From assembly GCA_903813345.2 (NCBI GenBank), contig CAIIXF020000001.1, positions 38,750,001 through 38,814,000 of the forward strand: a DNA stretch of 64,000 nucleotides. Reading direction: 5' to 3'. This stretch comes from Owenia fusiformis. Its lineage: Eukaryota. The notes below the pieces were generated by a model. The model did not search any database and was not told the DNA's origin. It saw nothing but the letters and a program-made list of their open reading frames with translations. The stretch's first letter is position 1. Each line of letters opens with the position of its first letter. This document shows, piece by piece, positions 28,901 through 40,900 of this stretch. Position numbers and translations under genes: made by a program.

Positions 28901-31900
28901 CATCATAAACTTTTTCTAATTGTGGTAACAGTTATTAATTACGTAGCAATGTCTATAAGATAAAAGAAAAAATGTTCATTTGACAGTGATCTTATTATAA
29001 AGATCATTGCAATCGACAGAATCTACCTGTAAATTTCCTAATTCCAAGATAAAAGAAAAAAATGTTTATTTGACAGTGGTCTTATTATAAAAATCATTAC
29101 AATAAAAGCAAGGAATAATTTATTTCAAATTTAAAAACAAACATTTCCTTTATACACTGTGGCTAGTCGATCTATGTGGATGTAGTCATTTATATGTAAT
29201 GTATCGTAGGTGCTCGCGTGTAGCTCAGCGGTAGCGCAGGTACCTCTTACGCAATAGGTCCCGGATTCGATCCCCGGTTCAGGCAAGACTAAATTTGCTT
29301 GTTTGCGTGAAGTACTTCAGGGTGTTTGACTGAGTGGTCCGCAACTCGTACAAAAAGGCTGTGGTGTGTACTTATATGTCTATGTATAAGTGCACATAAA
29401 AGAACACAGGGCTCCTTCAAGGAGGGGTTTCTGGGTCTATCTTCCATGTTAATTACGTAAATTACGACCGTATATATACGGGACATACCCAAGAGGTATT
29501 GCTCACCTTCATTGGTGGTAAACAAACTACAATACAATAAATATAGGGAATGGGATCATTGCAAAAATATGACAGCAAATCGAGGTAAGTGATCTCAGAG
29601 TTTCTACTTAACATTGTGACTTGAAATCTTGCATACATATTCAATATACATAGTATGACAATGTGTGAAAGTTTCAGCTACCATATTCCTGTTATAGGGA
29701 AGATATTTGAAAAACATTTCGTAAATGTCAACATATATGTATAAAATGGATGCACCTATGTATCATTTGGATTCAGAATGGTAACAAATGGATGCTTTAA
29801 TAAAATATACTTTTATCATGATGATTTATTAACTGATGGACAACTGGCCAGATTTTCTTTGTATCCATTGTTTGGATAAACATTCCTCATTCAGTAAAGT
29901 AATTAGCCACCCCATTACAAGTAGTCTAAAGACACCCCATGAAAAATTGAAAATACTATATATAAACCCATCAACTGGAAAATGCCATTACAGATGAAAT
30001 AAAGGACCCACGGTCCTGTGCTCACACAGTGTAGAACCTTCAGAGGAATGTATATCCTGATTTTCAAACAAAAGTATTGGTAAATATGAGATCAATAAAA
30101 GATGAGTCCTTTGTTGTTGGTTCAGATATGATTTTTTGTAGTCAAAGGAAAAACTATGAATTTGACCTAGATTTTGACCTAGGCCTTTTAGTGTCCAAAT
30201 TTTGAAGGAAAGTAGATTTTGAGAACGGCTTCCCTTGTAGATTCTTATTAAGTTGGCTGCGTCCAAGCTGTATCTAGTGTTGTGTTGTTACAATTGATAA
30301 TTTTCTCAAGCCCCATTGACTTAACATGGGATACCACAATAGCGATTTTTAAGATTTCAAAATGCCATAACTTCCGAACCGGAAGTCGGATCAAAATCTG
30401 ATTTGCAGATTCGTATTCCTTGGACAATTCTTCACATATTCTTCATACATTGAATTCCAAGAACTTTTTTATTGTGACCTACTTTTCGGATGCCATATCT
30501 CAAAAACGGTAAGAGTGATCAAAAACAACTTGCCTGTAGGGATTAGCTTTTTTCCAAGGAACATGATTAAAAAACGGAGCAAAAATATTAAAGGGCGACT
30601 GAGAAAATTGAAAAAATGACAAAGTACTGGATTTGACCTAGATTAAACCTGATTAGACCTAGATCTGGACTTGGCCTGAACTGGACCTTGACTTGGACCT
30701 GGACCTGGACTTGGACCTGGAAATGGACTGGACTGGTATTTTTTCAATCTTTTCTTCACTTCTCTTGACTTTTTATAGGCCTATCATCAGATCGATTTTT
30801 CTCGAAATTCAAAAATCAGCAATTTCTCGGAAACCGGCCGAACTTGGGAAATGGCGATGATAGGTCAAATAGACATTATGGATATGCATAAAATGATTGT
30901 GGAAATGACTCAATCCGAATAGCAGTTTTAATTTGTGCAGCCAATGTTGACGGATGGACGGACGGTTCAACGGACGGACGCCTGGTCGATCCCATAGGCT
31001 CAAAAACTATGGTTTTATCGCTAATACTGTTAATTTGAAAAACTGGTCCATAACATGTAATGATAACAATGAAAATGTTGAAATTAGGTACGCCAATTAA
31101 GTGAATTCAGAGCAAAAGACCCCTTGACCCACTGGAATACCCACAAATCAAGTTTCATAGCCTTGCCCAAGTCGGTCTCTTTTACTTATCTTGATTTCTA
31201 TTATGACCGCCTTGTACCCAAGAGAAAGCCATGTGCTTTACCGACCCAATCTTTTTGTCTGTAAAATTTGACAGACAAAAGACGACCCTACATTGTCGGA
31301 CTTGGTCTTCGTTCATTTCCATCGCAAATTCAGTTTTGATTTTGAATCAACATTGAATTGCATGATTTCATTTAGACGAGTATTAATGACTGCTTACATT
31401 CCAATGTACATTTAACAACATAATATATTATAACTCTCAAGAAACACTCGATCAGATCATTGAATTTCAAGTCCTAGACGGGTAGTTTGCTTTTTTTATG
31501 CAGGTCAACCTACTGATAACGTTTTGATTGGTCAATCAGCCTGAAGTCACACGTTGTGTCCATGTCCATATTGTCAATCAATATGGTTTTGCGATACCCT
31601 TAGGTAGCCTAGGTATTATGGGAATCTCAGAACCGCTTAATAACTTAGCATAATATCAGCGATGATGCATTGGATTGTACAAGGTGGTAATAATTCAAGA
31701 TCAGATAAGTAAATAAATACCGACTTGGGCAAGGCTACAAGTTTCAGAGCCATTAACATTCCTTGAAAGTGACAATGAGCAGCCAACAGATGGACCATCC
31801 GTAAATCTTGATGATTTTGTCAGCTCAGCTGAACGAGCCTCCAGATTCCTTGAAACAAATGACCATAATTCAAGAATAATATTATCTATTTACAATTTTT

Positions 31901-34900
31901 TGAAATCGTGGTAAGTGGAATCTTTCCAATTACCAATATAGCATTATTATTGTTTTTGGACACTGTGGATTAAAATATTAAAAATACACACATTAAAATT
32001 TCAATTGAAACCTAGCTAGTCTGTTCAATGAATCCAATCGGAACGTCTACTAATCCACATGATACATCATAATTGAATTGCTTTTTTAAAGCGGATATTT
32101 CATACAATAACCCCCAAAATATTATAGAACGCATTGTATTTGTATTTTACTTCACACAGACATATTTGTGTATGTGAAATAATTATATTACTTGAATTTT
32201 TTATTCCCCATTACAATGTAAACCTATGGCAAATTATACATACCTTCTCACAGCTATGAGCAGGATGATAAAACTGGTCGAGTGAACTCGTTTAAGTTAT
32301 CTATTCTCCTTAAAAATATCAGAGAATGTGTTTTTATAGCGTAGCTTTGGTTTTGTAAATCAATGAAGTATGATATACACGGATGAGTAAATATAGATTA
32401 TTTAAACAGAAGTGCAAAATTCTTCCATTGAAAAGTACAGAGGCGGGCACTCACGAAACATTACATGTGCCTGACTGCATCCACATAGATCGACTAGCCA
32501 CAGTGTTATAAAATGTTAAATTTTCATGTATGAACAGTTTTCTTACTAGCTCGTTGATAAGATTTCTGGTGGTAACTGAATCAGTGCTGCAATATGACCT
32601 CTGAATAGAACATTCAAATGTAATACAGCAGAGTAAACTGATAATATGCAAGGTGAAACATTGACAGTCATTTGAGTTCACACAGGAACTAAACTCAATC
32701 ACTTCTGCAATGATGCATATCTCCCAAAGTCATGTTTCTAACATTCAATTCTACATTTATACTAGCATATTTAAATTGTATCTATTTAACAATTTTTTTT
32801 ATAAATGATTAGTTAAATCTGAGTTGAAAAGAATTTAACACCCAAAGAGTTTCAATTTTGATGAAAATGGAACAAAAGTATACCTATGACAATGACCTTA
32901 TAATTTTAAAATCTTGTATGAAAGGCAAGTAGGATAATTCCAAGTGATATTAAATTATACGAGAAAGTGACACGCTTCAATAATTTCATAAATAAAATAG
33001 AAAAGTGACAGTTTATCATATAGTACTTTACCATTAATCTGCATTATGTAAATTATGTATTATGTTTATTTTATTTTGATAAATATCCTGGATTGCTGGT
33101 GTTATAGTCTCAGGTACATGGACATGAATGCAAATTAAAATATTGAAAAGACTGCTACTGACAACAACATCACAATGCTGAAACTTATTTTTCTGATCAT
33201 CTTTACAATATGTGTCACCACAGATGCATGTAGTAAGTATTCTATTTTATAAACATTTACATATTAATTTATAGGAGTATGGAGAACTAAATGGCTGAAC
33301 AAAGTTAAAAAATGTTATAACACATTCCAATTTTGAAATGATATGTTAAAGATCAAAACTAAAAATATAATGCATTTAACGTGTAAATGTTAAAAGAAAT
33401 GTTTTATTGTTGGTGAAGTCACAACTGTTATATGGCAATAACACAAAGCTGGACTTACAAGGACAACTCAAAAAGGGCATGTTAAGTTTGGGGAATAACT
33501 TCCCAGTATTTTATGAGCTTATCGACACATATCTATTTAATAGGTCTGTAATTAAATCATATCATCATCGCAGATTGGTCACAAATTCCTTTATTAACCC
33601 TTTCACGACGTGAATATAAGAGGAAAATGTTGGCCCTGGACGGTGACGGGTAAGTGAGAGCGGTTATTAGGGGAAAACTGAAAATTACGCCTTGGGACCT
33701 ATACCTTGAATTTTATCACTGAAACTTTAGTAAGGATTATAACATTAGAACTTGTCAAAATCTGGTGTAAAAATACTGAATAGAACTGGAAATATTGCCA
33801 TTTCATTGGTGTGTATAAATTAAAATAATGGTGCCAAAAGTAGCCAATCGTCCTAAAAGGTATTACATAATAGGGCTCCATATGGAGACTATCGTCGTGA
33901 AAGGGTTAATCACATTGAAACTTGATTTGCTTTTGATTACCAGAGTTTGACTTTGACAACACCTAAAGTTCATCTTTTGAAAATGCTAATTTTTTGTTGT
34001 TTTTCTTTGAATTCAAAATTGCAGATCTCTGGATCATTTTTGTTGAATAATTGATGGTTAAGGATGGACTGATATGACATATTAGAAAGAGAAACACACA
34101 TTATTTCCATCTGTGACTGAATGAACATTTTAAAATTTCATTTGTATAATATATCATTTATTAGGGACACTCTGTAATTGGTACACAGAAACTTCACTTT
34201 TCTCTGCCATTAGCCTTGGGAAACAAGATCATTTGTCCAAGCTGAAGCTTTAATTGCAATAGTATTGTTTTTACCTTTTAGACCCAAAAACAAATAAGAA
34301 ATTACAGAAAGCCCTGACAGATTATGTTAGTAACTTTAATGCGGGAAACTGGAGTGCTGTGGCAGATCTCTATGCAGATAATGCAACCATGGCAACAGCT
34401 GGTGATTTCTTTCGTGGAAAGGAAGGTATGTGAGGTCAAAGGATGTCCATGAAGGCCACCTGGGTTAGACAAATTAATTAGTTCAAAAATGAGGACATCC
34501 TTATAATATATCATTTTTAATCATAGAGGACAGCAAAGGAACATTCACTTTCTACTTGTACTTCACTTTCTTCTATTTCTACTTCTGTTTTTGCCAGAAT
34601 TCTAATGAAAACATCCACACTAGACAAGCAAGGTAGCAAAAATACATTATTATTAATTATTATACAATTACATTATTAACAAGGCATTAACATGCAAAAC
34701 GTCATCACCTGCCATTTGTAACATATGCCAACCACCAACTGCCACATACCAACCACCAAACATCATCCACAAAAAAGAGACTATAAGAATATGTCATCAC
34801 TTGTTGTGGTGACAAAAAAATTATATCTGAAACAATAATGCTTCAACTATTTCTTTAAGCAATAAAGCAATTCTACATTAATAAGTTTGGTGGTAAGGAT

Positions 34901-37900
34901 TATGTGATGACACCTTACAACACGGAGTATGACTGCTCTAGAAACATTGTCGTGACAAGCGAAGAGTGTGAAATAAAAACACAAACTGGCCAGTTGGTTA
35001 TATCAGTGAGGTAAATATGATATATGGAACTTTTTATTTAATAATGGGCCTACGTGTATGTTTACCTAGCTTTCCATATTGAACATTACATGGTATTAGA
35101 AGATTAAACATCAGAAGATGAAAAAACACTCTGCTCACAAGAGGTTAAAATGGCAATTCATTCATATGCCTTACACACGCAAAGGCGTAGTGCCCAGTAT
35201 GACTGATGCGTTCAGATGGTTGCAAATACACTCCAAATTTAAACCAAACTTAAAAAAACAAGGCCCCCTGAACCCAACATTTTTCGCTTTGCTCAACTCG
35301 TATTTCCAGATGGTAGTGTACTACTCATAAAAATAGCACTACGTCCATGACATTCATATAAAATATCTTCAAATTCTTGCTTGCAGATTTATAAGGGTGC
35401 TCCGGAGAATTAATGGGAAGTGGAAATCTATTCGAGAAATGGACACGCCAATGTAATACATAAAGTAATAAAGTAATAATACATAAATTTGAATGAATGC
35501 AAATATTGATAACTCTCTATTCAAATATACATTTAATGTAGACACATACATTTTATTGTACTTAATTTAGGAATACAAATCAATAATAGAAATTGAAAAT
35601 AACAATAACAAAAATAACAATGCATTCACATGAACCAAATCTGTTTTCTGGTATTTGAGTCATCAAACATTACGTCTTTTTACTGAAAAATGGTGGCCAT
35701 TTTGAGATTCAGCTGCCATTTTAAAAAATCCTTCTCAAGCAGAGCTTGTTCGTCCCTAGACATATAAAATTTGAACCAATTCTGTCAAATAGTATTTAAA
35801 TAATCAAAGATTACATATTTTTACAAAAATGGTGGCCATTTTGAGACAGCCATCTTGAAAATCTGTTCTTGGGCAAACTTTCTTTGTCCTACATACGGAA
35901 GGCATTATGGGTGTAGGCCCCGGGGTGTAGGCCGGGGTGTAAGACCTCTATATCCGACCAAACTTCACACAATACCCAGAGTACTTATGCTTTTTATATA
36001 GATAGTCCAATGTTAGTGATAAATTTGTTTTACATGTTAAACTGTTTCAATGCAACTAGAAGCCACTTCTAGTTACAATACCCATCAAATTGATGATGCC
36101 AAATGTATATATGTAATACTACAAATAATTTTAAATTATACTCTATATAGCCATTTAATTGAGAACTGGGAGTAGTCGCTATAAATTCAAGAATTAAATT
36201 AATAATAATGTTTTACACTGCCAAATATTGCTAAGAACTGAAAAAGCCCCTGCAAAGCTGACCCCTATGACATTTAGAGAATGAACCCTGAACTTAAGCT
36301 GGTTTTACAAGTTTGTGACCCTGTAAGGAGATTAATATCTGGTTATCTGCAAAATAAAGCACTACTACTACTCTTCACTTTGACATGGATTTTAACAATG
36401 CAGGACACCTGACATTATTTGTAAAGCTAGGAAATGGGTCAAAAATGAAGTTCACGAGACAAAAATGACAGCCATCTTGAAAATAGGTGAGCTTTTGAAT
36501 CAGGAGTCAGAGGGGAGTTTTCTGTATTGATGTTGAACAAAAATAACTTAAAACGGGAATCCTATCGACAGAGGTTTTAAAACGTGCCACTATTGTTGAC
36601 GGACAGACAGACGGACGGACGGACGGACGGACAGACAGACGGACAAGTGAGTGATTGCAAAAGCTCACCATGTGAGCTAATAAAAAGGGCTAAGAACCGG
36701 CCACTAGCAAGAGAATCGTGCTAGCCCAATGATTAAATCTTCCATGGATATCTGGTTTATTTACTTACCAAACAATGAACCACACAGATGTTCTTGGGGT
36801 TTTGTCTTAACCACAGATGCATATTCTTACAAATGGCAAATAAATTGTGTAAAGTTGGCGCCTTTCTTGCATCCCAGCCACATTCAGAAACCTGGAATAA
36901 ACAAAGCAAATGATTAACAATCTTAACAAGTTTTTAACGATCTGAACAAGTTTTTAATTTTCTCATATGTAAGAGTTCAATGATTGTGCATCGGTTAATG
37001 ATCCAAATACATATAGGAGATATTATTTTTTTGAGTTCTTTGTGCAAAGGATGTCTTCCTTGAACAAAATCAATTGAGAGATGTGTAAAAATGTTTTAAA
37101 GATCTAATAGCAAAGGTTTTGCAAAAATGCATCAATGTAGTATAAAACAAATGTATGTATAATGAAGAAATAAATATATAATGAAAAAAATAGATATGTG
37201 TTTGTAATATTGGTATTAACTTATGATTAAAAAGTGTCACTATCTCTTTCATTTTTCAACAAATATAGGCTCACGTGACATTTGACGCGGGGCAGGCAAT
37301 TTTGATCTATCGTAGACCATATCAGTATCAAATTGCCGATATTTCAACCTCGTCTTGCGAGGCCATTTTGATTTGAAACATCTTGAATTTGGTGTCAAAA
37401 TAAAGCTGGTCACGCCCACTTTCATAGTGATCAATGAATCATTTACTACGACTACTATATTCATTTAGGAGGCGTGTAAAGTTAACCAATCAGAAAGACA
37501 ATTGTTCCATATATGGCAATTCATTAACATATTCAGTGTTTACTACTGCTTTTTGCGTCATGACAACACGAGTAGTAACCAATCAAGATGCCGTATTTTA
37601 TGACGCGAGTTCAGAGTGACATGCACACGACATGTAGTCTGAGCTGATGGCGATGTTGAACAATTTCTTCTCGGAATTTGTCCAGAGAAATCAGCGATTC
37701 TAAATTAAGGTAGGATCTGCCATTTCTTCCTGTACACGTTATAACTTATCTCTATCGAATCCTAAAGTTTTGGATGAAGATATGAAGCTTACGTTTAAAA
37801 ACGAAGTGATTAATTTGACGATCTGATTTTGCAATTTGCAATGGCCAATTTACCGCAAGTCTGCGTGTATTTGACACCCGGGATTTGACAAGAGATAGCG

Positions 37901-40900
37901 CCAAGTCTCGTATCAAAATGCTTGTTAAGCCTTACTAAAAAACAAGATCCATATTTTCTAAATTTGATAACTTTGCAGAAAACCTGTTTTCATAACCTGT
38001 TTTCCGCGTCAAAATTCAAACTGAGTCACAGTAATAGGATCGCTGGGATCCTCAGTCAATGGCAACGGGTCTTCATTTCAGAACTCAGATTTTTAGTTGA
38101 TTCTCCGTCATAGTACCTGTCTAAAGTCCCCATATCTGTTCTCTTACTGGTATACTTGGACACATTTTCCCCTGTATTGTCCCCAGTCAAATTACACCCT
38201 ATCGCCCGGCCGATTCATAATAGCCATTTCCCAGAACCCGGCCGGGAATCAGAATCGTTGATGTTTGCCATATTGAACATGTTGAAATATGTACTGTAAT
38301 ATCTGTATTGCCTGCTACGCGTAATGGTCACGTGACTAGCGCGATTCCGGAAAAATGGTGAATTTCGAAACAACAATTTTTGGGCACTTTTATTGCAAAT
38401 TTCAGGTATTTATAAGTGTTTGTGGTATAAAATATAATCCCCAGACATAAATGAACATCCAAACTACATATTTTATTAAGTTTTGGAGCCTTTTTTGCTC
38501 TTGAATTAACATCTTTAATAATTGTCACTTTTGCTTTCCATCTTCTCACCTACCATCTCTAAGTACAACCTGGAATGAATATATTAAGTATAGTGAAACC
38601 TGTGAAGTGGAACACCTCTGAACACTGAACACTTTCATAAGTGCAACACTTCTTAAAAGTCATCCTACCTATTAACCACTCTGTAAGTGGAACACTTCCC
38701 AAATGGAAACCCTTTTGAAGTACCAAATGTGTTCCACTTATACAAGTTTTACTGAATGTTGATCACAGGTAAAGTAAAAATGTTCATTTCTGTTTTAGTT
38801 TTTAAAGTTTTATTTTTTTCAACCAACTCAGCCTTTATCACTGCCACAAATGTTATAATAATTAATAATAACTATATTGGAATGCACTTACTCTGTTCTG
38901 AAACTTGGCAACCCTATAAGTCCTGGTTGATAGATTGTATACTGCATAACCATTAGGGTGCCTGCCATCTAAATACGCCCTAACATCATCGATGTGATTC
39001 TTAATGGCACTCTCAACACCTTCGGCAGGAAATGACATCACAGCCACACGTGACGTAATATAAGAGAAATCTAGTTCGCCTTTGTTCATGGTTCTACAAA
39101 GTAAAACAAAATCTCTTATCAAGTAAGTACCATGTAATGTCAAATTAGAGAGAAATTCAAAAGGAATTGGCCAATATTCCACAATGAGATTTGTGTAAAA
39201 AACGTAAATCAGGTCTAGAACTTGATAGCAAATCTGAAGAAAATCGGAAAGGCAATGTTCATAAAATCAGAAAAGTATAGCTGGCAGCCAGACTTCAAGA
39301 TGGCTTTCTACTAGTGTTGTCGCGATGTGCCATAATCTTACATCGATGCATCGGCAATTTTCAGTAGTAAACATCGATGCACATCGCGATGCACATCAAG
39401 AAAAAGCCCGAGAAAAGTGCACTGATTTACCGAACGCTAATGCACTAAAATACCGAACATCCGGTACATCCGGGAACTTCGAGTAAGGGTGAAATGAAAG
39501 TAAAGTAATTTTTTTAGATTAATGGTTCATTTCGACTAGCTAAAACAGTTTTAAAGCGAAAGAATATCAGAAAATATTGGAAAATGAAATAAGACATCGA
39601 GAAAGGTAAGCGATTTGCGTCAAAATAAGATAAGAAAGGGTGATTTTTAGCAAAATAATGTTTTTTTAAAAACATCGATGTTTTGTTTCAGACATCGATG
39701 CATCGCCAGAATCAGCTTTGGCGATGTATATCGCGATGTATCGATTAATCGCGACAACACTACTTTCTACAAACCTAACTGGCCCTAAAAATTGATACCT
39801 TTGCAAGTCAGTAACTCTAACATGAACTGTTTTAAAGTTATTAACTATTTTATTGATTATGTCCCATCCCAAATGTCCCATCCCGAAATGGACATAAAGA
39901 AGTTTCCCAGAGATCATGAGGGCAAGCAAAATTTGCAAACATTCTACATAACCACAAAAACTCTAAATGGTGACTCTAGTTAATCACTTGGAAAAAATGA
40001 TACCATAACAAATGTATAAGTAAATGAAGAGAAATCATTGACCAGTATTCTTGAAATTCTCATGACAAGAAATTAGCTGCAAAATAAACACATAATTGTC
40101 TGAGAGCAGTTGAGAAGTAATTTCTTGTTGATATACCTCAGTCCTAATCCACACTTGGTGAACTATGACTTGTGAAGCAGCAACACAAACTTACGCTGAG
40201 ACAGTTTCAACAACTTTAGATGAGGCATCCTTGATGTTCTTCATCAGGTTACCAGCACCACCTCTAAGCATGCTAAACATGCTACTAGCAGCTGATGGCC
40301 CATCAGGCTCCATTCTACTGGTTGTGTCCTGGTATGGAGACTGTGCTTGTTGTCTAGTAGGGCTCACTGGGGCAACTAAATGTGAAAATATGTAGATATG
40401 AAGTGATTCATTGTTTAAACTGGGCTATCAAGATAATCAGGGACCCAACTTTTCTACCAATAAATGGTCATCACAAAGACAGTGCCTAAAGGGGCACTCG
40501 GGGCTTATTTTTTCCTAAGTCACATCAAACCTCTATTTACTTGTAATTTGACCTATTCATAGAATAAGATATGAGCTTATCAATTTATAAACAAAATAAC
40601 ATTTTCCAAATCTATTGAGCAAGGTTTCAATGATCTTCTCCAGCTCAAGAGTTGCAGTTACTCTTGTTGTTAGCGAATTTATAGATATATTGGAATCATA
40701 AATTTGAAATAGTGGTTGAATAAAATAAGACAAGTGGGCGATAACAATAGTTCACCAATGTGAGCTAAAAAGGCTCCCTGACTGTACATGAAGGCAACCA
40801 AAGGCATAAACTGAGTCCGATGTTCAATTTATACATTAATAGCCAAGATAATCAGTGCCACATTTGAATTTTTCATTTAATCACAAATCTGAAATTCAAA

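Larger units (their letters stand above)
29155..32505. mobile_element. Non-autonomous TIR transposon with CACTGTG termini and a 5-bp TSD (Transib-like)
   Basis: TTATA|CACTGTGGCTAGTCGATCTATGTGGATG(T/C)AGTCA ... inverse|TTATA. 33/34 identical core, extending imperfectly to about 63 bp. Confidence 0.85.

Noticed and set aside
29155..29200. Full 12/23 recombination signal sequence
   Set aside because: Only a heptamer-like end is present; there is no ACAAAAACC-like nonamer at either spacing.
29214..29285. Functional tRNA gene
   Set aside because: The acceptor stem does not pair, there is no poly-T terminator immediately downstream, and it runs into a SINE body.
24296..36777. Loss of the catalytic CX5R arginine in the PTEN-like domain (HCL|DGKAG)
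   Set aside because: Pseudophosphatase status is the known state of GAK/auxilin, so it is not novel.
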